From Nitrospirota bacterium (GTDB lineage Bacteria; Nitrospirota; Nitrospiria; 2-01-FULL-66-17): 64,000 bases of DNA. The position numbers were made by a program, and so were the translations under genes. Below the pieces are notes generated by a model. That model did not search any database. It was not told the origin of the DNA and saw only the letters and a list, made by a program, of their open reading frames with translations. Positions within the stretch are counted from its first letter, which is position 1. The number at the start of each line of letters is the position of its first letter. Below are positions 49,237 through 58,695 of this stretch, piece after piece. The stretch covers positions 32,001 through 96,000 of the forward strand of contig JBMOMC010000002.1 of the NCBI GenBank assembly GCA_049325335.1. The letters run 5' to 3'.

Positions 49237-49874
49237 GGCGTCTCCTTGACGCGGTCCACCCGCTTCTGGAGCGCGGCGATCCAGATCGCCACCTCCTCTT
49301 GCCCCTCTCCGCCCGCAGCCAGATAGGTCTGATAGTGCTCGATCGCCTTGTCGGGTTCATTGAGATACAGATCGTAGAGCACTGCCAGGTTGTAGTCGGC
49401 GTCTCGGAAATCCGGCGCGGCATTGAGCGCGCGGCGGTATGCGTCTTCGGCCTGGCGAAACTTGCCTTGCTCGCGCAATGCGAGCCCCATGTTGTAGTAG
49501 GCTTCGGGGTATTGGGGTTGGATCTTGATCGCCTGTTGGTACGCGGCTACGGCTTCCGGCAGCAGTCCCATGCGCTTGTAGACCACGCCGAGATTGTTGT
49601 GGAACACGCTCACGTGCGGGTAGCTGGTCCGCAAGTTTTCGAACGCGGCCCTGGCTTCCTTGAGCTTTCCGTTCTCAATCAGGCTCGTACCTTTTTGGAA
49701 GCGTAGGAGAACCTGGTCAAGTTTTTGTGCCTCAGCGGCACGCGATTCGTCGCTTCGCGCGGTGGTCTGAGTCGGGATCGGCGCGGGCGGCGGCAACATC
49801 GCGCGGGTGCAAGCCGTCAGCGCCGCGACAAGGACGAGCAACAGACGCATGAATTTCTGGGGACGGGTACTCAT
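49233..49874 (-). CDS. TPR lipoprotein (GltE/AglT-like)
   Basis: Lipobox LTAC; TPRs HNNLGVVY, YYNMGLAL, YNLAVLYDLYL. Confidence 0.85.
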   Translation of the reverse strand: MSTRPQKFMRLLLVLVAALTACTRAMLPPPAPIPTQTTARSDESRAAEAQKLDQVLLRFQKGTSLIENGKLKEARAAFENLRTSYPHVSVFHNNLGVVYKRMGLLPEAVAAYQQAIKIQPQYPEAYYNMGLALREQGKFRQAEDAYRRALNAAPDFRDADYNLAVLYDLYLNEPDKAIEHYQTYLAAGGEGQEEVAIWIAALQKRVDRVKETP

Positions 49875-52696
49875 CGTTCAGCCGCCAAGAGCCTGTCAAT
49901 GATTGACGAGAGCGGTTTAGCCGTCAACGTCTCGACATCGATATTCGAAGTGAGTCGCTCGGTTCGCTCTGGACGTTTGTAGAGCGCGGGCCGCAATTCC
50001 GCCAGCCGGTCGTAACTCTTCTTGACCCACTCGTTGTAGGCTCCCGGTTGGCTCGACGCCCGCTGCACGTTGCTGGCATACGCCTGAATCGCCTTTTCTT
50101 CAAACGGGAACGCTTTCTCTTCCAGTTGGAACTTGTACTCGTCCACCTGTTCCGGGGTGAGTTTCTTCGGGAGTTCGGCTTCGAGCAGCGCGGTCTTGAA
50201 GTGTTCGAACACCTCGCCCAGGCGGTACGCGGACGTGGCAACCACCTCCTGGTATCGCGTCTCCGCGGCCCGTGTGTAGAGCGTGATCGTCTTGTCCAAC
50301 GCCTGAGTCTTATTTTTGAGGTTCTTTTTGAACGGCTCCCTCAGGGCGATTTTTTTAAGCGACCGGAACGACTCCTCGGCCTGGTGGAACACGGCTTGCG
50401 CCGCGAACTGGGTGCCGGGTGCCTGTTGTTCCACCTCCGTGAACAGCTTGAGGGCCTCCATGGTCTTCCCCTGGCGCTGCCGGATCATGGCCATCTTCCA
50501 CCAACCTTCAGGCGCATCCGGGTGTTTGGGGAACCGCTCGGTGAATTGCGCGAAGACCGCGTAGCTCTTGTCCCATTGGGAGGCCTTTTCGTAATCGACA
50601 CCGGCGGTCCAGAGAATCTGTGGCGCCTGCGCGTGGTGTTGGGGTAACGTGGCCGCGGCTTCGAAAGCCTCGGCGGCTTCGCCCCACTGTTCACCTTGTT
50701 CGTAAATCAAGGCGGTTTGGAGCGCGGCTTTTGCGCCGAGGTCGGACGTGGGGTCGCGCTGGACCAGTTGCTGGTAGGCGGCGATCGCCTCGCGCGGCTG
50801 CTTGAGCGTTTCGTACAGACTCGCCGCCTCGAACAACGCGTCGGCCGCCAAGGGGCTCTCCGGGGCTTCGCGCGAGATGGCGGCAAACGTCTTGGCCGCG
50901 TCGCTGAGCCGATTGGCCTTCTTGTGCTGCTCTCCCTGCTTGTACATGGCCGCGGCCAACAGATCGTTCATCTCGCGCTGCTGGGCCTTGTCCGCTGTCG
51001 GGAGGAGCGACAGGGTCAGCGCGTACGCCGCGCGAGCCTCGTCGAAACGGCCTTGCCGCATATAGGAGTGGGCGATCAACTTCTGCGCGGTGGCGGTGCC
51101 CGTGAAATTGGGATACCGGGACAAGACCTGCCCCAACATCTCGCGCGCCTCGGCATCGCGTTGCTGGTCGAACAGGATCTCGCCGGACTTGAGCAAGACC
51201 GTGGGCGTCCGGGCATCCTTCGGGAACTGATCCGCGAACCGTTTCGTCAACGCGACGAATCGCTCGTGGCCCTTCTTGTCCTGAAGTTTTTCCGCGGCCA
51301 CGATGGCGGAGTACGCGGGTTCTTTGTCCGCCGCGACTCCGGGATAGCTGTAGGCCACGGCTTCGTACGCCGCGGCCGCCTGCGCATACTCCTGCAACGC
51401 CATCAGGGATTCGGCGTACAGCAGATGGACTTCCCGCGTGTCCTTTTCCTCAGGGAACTCCGCGAGGAACTGGCGATACCATCCGACTGCTTCCCGATAC
51501 TGCTCGGCCTGTTTGCTCTCCCGCGCAGCGGCATGCGCGGACACCCCGAGCCGGTACAGACTGTCTTTGACCAAGGGGCGCGAGCGGGCTCGACCGGCCT
51601 CGTCGGTGGCCTTGTACCAGACGCTGGTGCTCAGGTACCCGTTCACGAGTGCGATTCTGGCGTCACGCGCGGCTTCGGGATCCCTCTCCTTCTCGTACGC
51701 CTCGATGACATACGACGCGAAGATGGGCGCCATGTCGTGCATGGGATGCTGTTGTACGAACGTCCGGTAGGTCGCAATCGCCTGCTGCCGGTTCCCCTCA
51801 CCCAGATATTGGTTCCCCATCATGAGGTAGAGATCTTTCTCGTAGAGCGCGATCCCGTGTTGTTTGAAATAGTCGGCCATGGGTTGCGGCCCGCCCAACC
51901 CCCGGAATGAAATAGCCACGTACGTCAGCGCTTCCCACACGAGGGACCCGGAGTCGGCGGCCGTGGCCGGTTGTCCGGCGGTCTTCTTGTCCACGAGGTA
52001 CAAGAACTGATCGACCGCGTGCGGGTATGCGCGGAGATTGAAGTAGGTCCACCCGAGTTTGTACCGGGCCCGGTCTTGAAGGACCGGATCGTCGAGCCCA
52101 ATCGTCTGCTCATAGGCGTCAGCCGCCTGCTCGAATCGACGGCCGTCAAAGTCGGATTCGCCGATACGGAAATATGCTTCCTGGAGGTGGGGACTGGTCG
52201 GGTATTCCGCGACCAACTTACTGAGCAACGGCTGGGCCAGGTCCCGACGCCCGGTCTCCGAGTAGGCACGGGCCAGACCGTACAGCACGTCGTCCTGCGC
52301 ATGAAATGTCGGATCGGTTTCGAGCAACGTCCGGTAGGTCGTGATCGCGTCGTCGTAATTGACCAGCGGCGGGGGGCCTTGTGGGTCCTTCTCATACGCC
52401 TCCATCGCCGAGAGAAATTGCTGGTGCGCGCGTTCAAGATACAGATCCCCGAGCCGTTTGAGTGCCTCGGATCGCAGGACGGGGTCCACGGTTCCGTAAT
52501 CCTTGAGAAAGCCTTCATACCCTGTGATCACGTCGGCTTTGCGAACCACGGGCAACGGCGCGCTCGAAGCCGCGTTTACGGCCTCCGAGTCCACGCGCAA
52601 CACGCCGTGATCCTTCGCGCTTGCGCAGGCCGTCAGCAGGCATGTGAGGCCGGCGAGAGACCACGTGGTCGCGGTGTGAAAAACACGGTGTTTCAT
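49871..52696 (-). CDS. Large TPR lipoprotein (GltD/AgmU-like)
   Basis: Lipobox LTAC; many TPRs; C-terminal P..L..EQ.DEY.FQLEEKAFPFEEKAI...NEWVKKS motif. Confidence 0.85.
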   Translation of the reverse strand: MKHRVFHTATTWSLAGLTCLLTACASAKDHGVLRVDSEAVNAASSAPLPVVRKADVITGYEGFLKDYGTVDPVLRSEALKRLGDLYLERAHQQFLSAMEAYEKDPQGPPPLVNYDDAITTYRTLLETDPTFHAQDDVLYGLARAYSETGRRDLAQPLLSKLVAEYPTSPHLQEAYFRIGESDFDGRRFEQAADAYEQTIGLDDPVLQDRARYKLGWTYFNLRAYPHAVDQFLYLVDKKTAGQPATAADSGSLVWEALTYVAISFRGLGGPQPMADYFKQHGIALYEKDLYLMMGNQYLGEGNRQQAIATYRTFVQQHPMHDMAPIFASYVIEAYEKERDPEAARDARIALVNGYLSTSVWYKATDEAGRARSRPLVKDSLYRLGVSAHAAARESKQAEQYREAVGWYRQFLAEFPEEKDTREVHLLYAESLMALQEYAQAAAAYEAVAYSYPGVAADKEPAYSAIVAAEKLQDKKGHERFVALTKRFADQFPKDARTPTVLLKSGEILFDQQRDAEAREMLGQVLSRYPNFTGTATAQKLIAHSYMRQGRFDEARAAYALTLSLLPTADKAQQREMNDLLAAAMYKQGEQHKKANRLSDAAKTFAAISREAPESPLAADALFEAASLYETLKQPREAIAAYQQLVQRDPTSDLGAKAALQTALIYEQGEQWGEAAEAFEAAATLPQHHAQAPQILWTAGVDYEKASQWDKSYAVFAQFTERFPKHPDAPEGWWKMAMIRQRQGKTMEALKLFTEVEQQAPGTQFAAQAVFHQAEESFRSLKKIALREPFKKNLKNKTQALDKTITLYTRAAETRYQEVVATSAYRLGEVFEHFKTALLEAELPKKLTPEQVDEYKFQLEEKAFPFEEKAIQAYASNVQRASSQPGAYNEWVKKSYDRLAELRPALYKRPERTERLTSNIDVETLTAKPLSSIIDRLLAAER

Positions 52697-54621
52697 TGGC
52701 TCGCCATATCCCACAGACGAATTTGGTTGAGCCGCGCCGCGGCGGCCATGGTTTCGATCCGCCCGTGGCGTTGGTCCACGGCTTTGACCAACAGGGCTTG
52801 CAGCGGCGGGAGGAGTTCGGCCCGCGCCGCGGTTAATCGGCGTTGGTGCGCAACCAAATCGCGTCTGATGTCACGGATGTCGCTGCGGAACGTGCCGAGT
52901 CGGTTTTCAATGCCCGCAATGGATTCCACCAACTTCCGTTGATCGCGATCCGCCTGCTCAAGGTCCTCGTGCAATCGGTTTAACGCACGTTGAAGGTCGT
53001 CGCGTCGTCCCGGGACGTCGGTGGCAATGGTCCATACACGCTCGCCATAGAGCACATCGAGCCAGCGATCGGTCGTTTGCCACTGCGCCCGAAGGTCGTG
53101 GAGCCGGTCACGCACGGCAGGTGTTCCGTCGTCCATCCGTCGGATGGATTCTCCGACCGCACGGCTCTTCCGCCGAGCGTCTTCCAGCTCGTCGAGCGCG
53201 GGGCGCTCAGCGCCCGATGCCCAGTTCCGCGCGGTCTCGTGCCGGACAGCCTGCTCGATCGCGGTTTGCAACACAGCCTCTCGCTGCGTGAGCGGGGCCA
53301 CGGGGCTTTCATCGAGAAAGCCTTGCACAATGGGCACGCGCTCGCGAAAAATCGCTTGTCGATGCTCGAGCATCACGTCGAAGACGGCCGTGTCCTCGAG
53401 TTTTCGGGCCAGGTAGTGCTCAAGGGCCGCGAGTTCGCCGTATTGTTTGACCCAGTATCGGAGTCCGTCGTCTTCCAGGATCGGAGCGAGGGGACTCCGC
53501 ATCACTGCGTGGAAGTCCGTAAACAGCGCGTCCAATTGATCGCGATCTCGGATCAGGGATTTGATCGCAAGAAGGTTCTGCTGTGTCCGCTGGTAGGTGT
53601 CCAGGGCCGTGACATACGATTCGAGCGCCTTGGCGTGTTGTCCCAGGCGGTCGTAGCAATGGCCGATCGTGGTGAGGGCTTCCAGCGCATAAGGATGGTC
53701 GGGGGCCGCGCGTACGAGCGCTAAAAACGCGGCAAGCGACTCGTTGTACCGCTTGCGATACAAATGAGCCCAACCTAAGCCGAACGTCGCGTCGGGGTAG
53801 AACCGGCTGCTCGAAGGCACGGAGGCCAAGGTCGGGACCGCGTTGTCGTACCACCCGGTCTCGGTGAACAACAATCCCAATGTCACTCGGCTCTTCTCGG
53901 CAAGGGCTTGGCGTTCCGCGTCGTCCTCGGGGGTGAACGCGCCCGCGCCTTCGAGCAGGCGGATCGCGGCCGACACGTCGGCCAGTTGCATCCGGGATTT
54001 GGCCGACGCCAGCGCGGCGAACGGGCGGTACGCGCTGGAAGTCGGAACCGTCGCGAACGCGCGCAGCGATTCGTCGAATTGCCCCAGCGCGTAATGGCTC
54101 ATTCCGGCGAAGTAGGCGGCTTGGTCAAGCGATGCGAATGTCGGATCGCGATCAAGTCGCTTGTACGTGGACACCGCAGCCTCGTACAAGGATCGCGAGT
54201 ATTGGAGCCGTTCGATCAGCAGCAACACCTGGTTACGGTCGTTTCCCGGTGGGAATGTGGCAACGAGCTGATCAAAGATGGTTCTGGCGGACCGGTGAAG
54301 GCCCCATGCCAGATAGAGGCTGCCCCGAAGCAGGCGGGTCTCGTTGAGCAGGCTGGGCTCGTTCTGAACCCCCTTTTCCATCAGCTTCAGTCGAGTCGCG
54401 GACGTCAGGTAGTCCTCCAGAAAGAAGTGGTAGTAGGCTTCTTTCTTAAGCGAGGCCACGGTGGCGGGGGATACGGGGGAGACCGGCCATGCCTCGGCCG
54501 TGGTCGCTCCGACCTGGAGGGTGTCGGAAGCCGCAGCAAGGGGCGTGGTGCCATCCCCGGCAAAGGCCGGGAACGCCCACGCGCCGAGACTCAGGACAAG
54601 GATGTTAATGCCACGCTTCAT
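52693..54621 (-). CDS. Secreted TPR/coiled-coil protein (GltC-like)
   Basis: Signal peptide AFA; TPRs (DATFGLGWA); long C-terminal coiled coil. Confidence 0.8.
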   Translation of the reverse strand: MKRGINILVLSLGAWAFPAFAGDGTTPLAAASDTLQVGATTAEAWPVSPVSPATVASLKKEAYYHFFLEDYLTSATRLKLMEKGVQNEPSLLNETRLLRGSLYLAWGLHRSARTIFDQLVATFPPGNDRNQVLLLIERLQYSRSLYEAAVSTYKRLDRDPTFASLDQAAYFAGMSHYALGQFDESLRAFATVPTSSAYRPFAALASAKSRMQLADVSAAIRLLEGAGAFTPEDDAERQALAEKSRVTLGLLFTETGWYDNAVPTLASVPSSSRFYPDATFGLGWAHLYRKRYNESLAAFLALVRAAPDHPYALEALTTIGHCYDRLGQHAKALESYVTALDTYQRTQQNLLAIKSLIRDRDQLDALFTDFHAVMRSPLAPILEDDGLRYWVKQYGELAALEHYLARKLEDTAVFDVMLEHRQAIFRERVPIVQGFLDESPVAPLTQREAVLQTAIEQAVRHETARNWASGAERPALDELEDARRKSRAVGESIRRMDDGTPAVRDRLHDLRAQWQTTDRWLDVLYGERVWTIATDVPGRRDDLQRALNRLHEDLEQADRDQRKLVESIAGIENRLGTFRSDIRDIRRDLVAHQRRLTAARAELLPPLQALLVKAVDQRHGRIETMAAAARLNQIRLWDMASQ

Positions 54622-55153
54622 ACCCGAACTCGGGTTGTTTCTTGGCGTCGTCGTCGCGAATGACCAACTTTAAGAAAGCCGCGCCTTTCTCCTTGGCGAG
54701 GGGGATGTTCTCCGCTCGTTTGTAGTCCTGTCCTTGCGGACCTTTGCCCGTAAACACCGCGGCGATTTGATGGTCGCCTGACTTCACGTTACCCATATAC
54801 AGCCGCTGAATCCCGCCCTTTTTGAGCGCGGTGACTTCGCGCTCGGTATACAGGTGCGTGGTCACCATGGTGTCGTCGAGCACCAATTTCACGGAGTCTA
54901 AGACGAAGTAATTCCCGCCCTCGACGCTCAGGAAAATCACCAACGAGGAGTCCTCCGGATACAACAGATCTTCCTGGAGTCGAAAGAGCCGCGTGTTGAG
55001 ATCGAGCACGTCGTCTTTTAATCGCTGGATCTTCACGTCCAATGCCTCGATGTCGCGTTCAGGATTGGGAGGTTCCTCCGCCCGCGTGGGGAACCCCGTC
55101 GTGAAGACGAACGAAAGACACCAGAATCCGACGAGTGCGTGAAATGGTTTCAT
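54605..55153 (-). CDS. Conserved-looking secreted hypothetical protein (coiled coil + beta-sandwich)
   Basis: ATG 55153 overlaps the apbE stop; signal peptide; LNTRLFRLQEDLLYP, HLYTEREVTALKKGGIQRLYMGN. Confidence 0.8.
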   Translation of the reverse strand: MKPFHALVGFWCLSFVFTTGFPTRAEEPPNPERDIEALDVKIQRLKDDVLDLNTRLFRLQEDLLYPEDSSLVIFLSVEGGNYFVLDSVKLVLDDTMVTTHLYTEREVTALKKGGIQRLYMGNVKSGDHQIAAVFTGKGPQGQDYKRAENIPLAKEKGAAFLKLVIRDDDAKKQPEFGYEAWH

Positions 55154-56196
55154 CAGGGTTCCTTCCCGTGTTCCATAAGTTTTGCCCCGAGGCCGAGTCC
55201 CGCCAGCCCCGAGGACAGGTGCATGTCGCCGTTTCGGTCGATGATGATCGCCTCCACGTCGTCCAGTTGTTCGACCAGCGCCAGGCCTTGTTCCGGGCCC
55301 AGCACGAATACGGTTGTCGACAACGCGTCGCTGGTCATCGCGTCCGTCGCCAAAATGGTGGCGCTGCGAGATTTCTTCGCGGGATATCCGGTGGTCGTGT
55401 CGAGAATATGGTGGTAACGCACGCCGTCTTTGACGAAGAATCGTTCGTAGTCTCCGGACGTGGAAACAGCCTGGTCTTCGAGCGGCAACACCGCGAGAAT
55501 GCCGTCGGCCTTGTCCGGATCCCGAAGCCCGATTCGCCACAAATCGTCGCCGTTTGTGCCCCGGATCAGCGTGTCACCGCCCGCCATGACCATGGCGTTG
55601 TGGACTCCGTGTGCGTTGAGCACGGCCATGGCCCGGTCCATGGCGTACCCTTTGCCGATCCCGCCGAGGCCGATCTCCATCTCACGCGCAGGGAGAAACA
55701 CCGTGGAGTGGTCGTCGTCGACGCGGACCTTCCGATAATCCACAAAGGGGAGCTGGGCCTTCACGGCGGCGGGGTCGGGGATCACGCCCGCGCGAAAGTT
55801 CCAAAGTTTTCCGACCGACGCGAAGGAAATGTCGAACGCGCCGTCGGAGAGTCGGGAGAAAAACAGCGAGCGTTGAATCACCTGCAACAATTCGCGACTC
55901 ACCGCAACCGGCGCCACCCCGGCCTGTTGATTGATCCGGGACAGTTCGGTCTCCGGCAGAAAATTGCTCATGAGCCGTTCCAGACGGGAAACCTCGTCGA
56001 ACGCGGCGTTGACCGCGCGCCGCAGTTGTTCGCGATCGTTACCCACGGCTTTCACGATCACCTGGGTTCCCATCAACGCGCGCTCTTCGGACACGAGTAC
56101 GGGTCGGGAAGGCGGCGTGACGGCCTGAACCGGCGCCACCGCTGCGCCGGCCAGCAGTACGTTAGTAAGTAAAGCCAACGCTCGTGTGTAGGACAT
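55153..56196 (-). CDS. apbE: FAD:protein FMN transferase
   Basis: LMGT, GAFDIS, LGGIGKGYAMD, AGGD, STSGDYERF, RYHHILD, SDALST. Confidence 0.95.
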   Translation of the reverse strand: MSYTRALALLTNVLLAGAAVAPVQAVTPPSRPVLVSEERALMGTQVIVKAVGNDREQLRRAVNAAFDEVSRLERLMSNFLPETELSRINQQAGVAPVAVSRELLQVIQRSLFFSRLSDGAFDISFASVGKLWNFRAGVIPDPAAVKAQLPFVDYRKVRVDDDHSTVFLPAREMEIGLGGIGKGYAMDRAMAVLNAHGVHNAMVMAGGDTLIRGTNGDDLWRIGLRDPDKADGILAVLPLEDQAVSTSGDYERFFVKDGVRYHHILDTTTGYPAKKSRSATILATDAMTSDALSTTVFVLGPEQGLALVEQLDDVEAIIIDRNGDMHLSSGLAGLGLGAKLMEHGKEP

Positions 56197-57298
56197 GGGC
56201 TCTCTGCGAGTACAGTGCGCCGGTGCGCGGGTCCGTAAAGTTGTCGTAGTCGTACATCAACAATGCGTAGCTGAACAGGACCGACATGTTTTCCAGCCCG
56301 TGCCACTTGAACCCTTGGGGTTTGTATTGAAGCGATCCGCCGATCCAGTGGTCGGAGAAGCGTGATAACTCCTTGTCCCGGGCCTTGTAGATCTGGGTGG
56401 CCGGGACCCGGTCCCCGTAAAAACTGGCCTCGCCCTGACGGTAATATCGATAAAACACGCCGCCGAGCCAATCGGCGCGTATGTACCGCTGATATTCCAC
56501 CTTGCCGGTATGGGACCTGACCTCAAAGGTGTCCTGGTAGTACCGATAATCGATCTGGATGGCGCTGCGCCGCCCGATCGACACGTTGTCCGCTGATCCG
56601 GGATCAAACCCATAACTGGTTCGCAGCGCCCACGCGTGCCCGGTCCGTGATTCAGGATACCGTTCAGGAGCAAACGCCTCGCTGTCGAGGATCGCGCTGC
56701 GGTACGGATTGTTGAGAAAACCGGAGTCAGCCGTGTTTTCATAGTTGATCTGCCCCAACCAACGAGGGGTCAATGACTGACTCAGCCCGACCGCATAAAT
56801 CGTTCGGTTGGCGTGTTCCTGCCCGAACGCGGGATCGCCGTTTTTGCCGATCTCATCCCAGGAGCGAGCAAGCCGGAAAGTGAGCGTGGCGTTCTTCTCG
56901 AAGAGGTCGTGCGCCATGGCCACGGCGAACGTGTTTGAGGTGTAGTCGGACTCGTGGCTCCGCGTGTAGTTGATTCCGGTGAGGATGTCCTCGTGCAGGA
57001 CGTCGGCGCCCAATGAATATTCGGTCCGCTGTTCGCGGTACGGGCTGGCCTGGGTCACCACGTCGATCGATGCCGAGCTGACCAGATCCACCCTGGCGCC
57101 GGCCTTGACCGACAGGCGGTTGAGCAATTCCTTCTTGACGATCATGGCCGGTCCTTGAACCGTAATACCGCCGCCGCTGTAGAGGTTGTAGCCGATCGCC
57201 ATATCGTCTTGGGGAGGCTCCACGGCCTCCGCGGTACCGAGCAGCCCGGCCAGCAGCGCCGCACAACCGCCGGCTTGCATGCACGCGCGCGCGTTCAC
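56162..57298 (-). CDS. DUF3570-family outer-membrane beta-barrel protein
   Basis: Signal peptide; DLVSSASIDVVTQAS, HESDY, GFLNNPYR, YRYYQD, RDKELS; ends in aromatic GFTY. Confidence 0.85.
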   Translation of the reverse strand: MNARACMQAGGCAALLAGLLGTAEAVEPPQDDMAIGYNLYSGGGITVQGPAMIVKKELLNRLSVKAGARVDLVSSASIDVVTQASPYREQRTEYSLGADVLHEDILTGINYTRSHESDYTSNTFAVAMAHDLFEKNATLTFRLARSWDEIGKNGDPAFGQEHANRTIYAVGLSQSLTPRWLGQINYENTADSGFLNNPYRSAILDSEAFAPERYPESRTGHAWALRTSYGFDPGSADNVSIGRRSAIQIDYRYYQDTFEVRSHTGKVEYQRYIRADWLGGVFYRYYRQGEASFYGDRVPATQIYKARDKELSRFSDHWIGGSLQYKPQGFKWHGLENMSVLFSYALLMYDYDNFTDPRTGALYSQRAHVLHTSVGFTY

Positions 57299-57522
57299 CG
57301 GCAGCCGCAGCCCCCGCCGCTTCCGCTAAACCCGCCGCGCGATCCCTCCAACACTTCTTCGATGTGCACGTGCCATTCCGCCTGGAGGACGTTGGCGTCG
57401 AACTGCATGATTTCGTCCGCGAGGTACTCTCGCTGCCACGGCTTCACCGCGGAGCAACCCGCGAGCAGGGCGCTGATCATCACGGTCGCAAGCACGAGGG
57501 CCTTCGCGGTCACCGGCGTCAC
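57295..57522 (-). CDS. DUF4266-family small lipoprotein
   Basis: Lipobox LAGC, VKPWQREYLA, C-terminal GGGCGC. Confidence 0.9.
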   Translation of the reverse strand: MTPVTAKALVLATVMISALLAGCSAVKPWQREYLADEIMQFDANVLQAEWHVHIEEVLEGSRGGFSGSGGGCGCR

Positions 57523-58043
57523 TCCTTGAGCAATGCGCGGATTTCGGATTCGTACCGATCCGGGTCGGCGGGCCCAAACCCCCAGTGCACGTGACGAAGG
57601 GTCCCGTCCTTGGCCACGACGAACGTGGTCGGCATGGAGCGAATCTGGTACAGGTCCGATGTGCTCCCGGCCGGATCGAGCAACACGGGGAACGACAGGC
57701 CGAGCGCGGCGCTCAGGTGCGAGGCCTGGGAGGACACCTTGTCGATATTGACGCCGAGGACTTCCAACCCGAGGTTCTGATACCGACGATACAGGACGTT
57801 GAAATACGGGAGTTCCTCTTTACACGGCGTGCACCACGTGGCCCAAAAATTCACGAGCACCACCCGTCCGCGCAGTTCGCTCAACTTCACGTTGCCGCCG
57901 GTCGAGCGCTTCAGCGTGAAGTCGGGCGCCTTCTTTCCCGCGCGGGGGATCTCGCTTGAAACGGGTGGCGCCAACAGCAGCACACTCAACAACGAGGCGG
58001 CCAACAACGAGACAATGCGAATCGTACGCATCGGGTTCCTCAA
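57519..58043 (-). CDS. TlpA/ResA-like thioredoxin (disulfide reductase)
   Basis: APDFTL, VNFWATWCTPCKEE, MPTT. Confidence 0.93.
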   Translation of the reverse strand: MRNPMRTIRIVSLLAASLLSVLLLAPPVSSEIPRAGKKAPDFTLKRSTGGNVKLSELRGRVVLVNFWATWCTPCKEELPYFNVLYRRYQNLGLEVLGVNIDKVSSQASHLSAALGLSFPVLLDPAGSTSDLYQIRSMPTTFVVAKDGTLRHVHWGFGPADPDRYESEIRALLKE

Positions 58044-58690
58044 AAGAATAGGACGAGGGCGAGGGTGCCCTCGATGTTGTACGTGAGTTTGTTCACGCCC
58101 GTGACATCGGTTTCGAACATATGAAACCGCAGGTCGGGCCTCACGTTGAACCAGTCCGTGACAAAGATTTTGAACCCGGTCCCCGCATTGGCGCTGAAGT
58201 GGCTGCGGTCATCCATGGTGACCTGGCCTAAGCCGCCCGCCAGATAGATGGCGGAGTTGATGGTGCGTTTGCGCGTGAGAAAGAGTTGGCCCGGGAAGAG
58301 ATCGTAAGAGACGCCGACGTTCCAGTATGAGAGATCGTCATTGACCAATAACGAGCGGCCCGTCAGCCGGCGAAACGCGGATTGATCGACTTGCGAGATC
58401 GCGTAACTCGCCTCGAACGCGACATCTTCGTTGACGTGATAGGTGAGTCGCAGTCCGAACACGGAGGATGCGCCGAAGCCGTCGGGCGCGTAGATGCCGG
58501 CGTACGGACCCAACTCAAACCGTTCGGTGTCCAGGCGCGCTTCTTTGAGCCGCCGATCGTCGCTCGGCGGCTTGATGACGGGTTCCTCCTCGATCGGCAG
58601 GCCCTGACCGAATGCCGATGATCCGAGATCCACGCCCGCGCCGATTACCAGACCCATCCCCACCGCCATCCATGTCCGCCACGTCATCAT
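58040..58690 (-). CDS. Outer-membrane beta-barrel protein (OmpA-like TM, GltA/B/H-like)
   Basis: Signal peptide; LDTERFELG, alternating strands, C-terminal Phe. Confidence 0.8.
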   Translation of the reverse strand: MMTWRTWMAVGMGLVIGAGVDLGSSAFGQGLPIEEEPVIKPPSDDRRLKEARLDTERFELGPYAGIYAPDGFGASSVFGLRLTYHVNEDVAFEASYAISQVDQSAFRRLTGRSLLVNDDLSYWNVGVSYDLFPGQLFLTRKRTINSAIYLAGGLGQVTMDDRSHFSANAGTGFKIFVTDWFNVRPDLRFHMFETDVTGVNKLTYNIEGTLALVLFF

Positions 58691-58695
58691 GGTCG

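Noticed and set aside
57295..57303. Selenocysteine read-through at the end of the DUF4266 GCGC tail
   Set aside because: Both Cys are TGC codons; the TGA follows Arg and overlaps the next GTG start, which is ordinary coupling.
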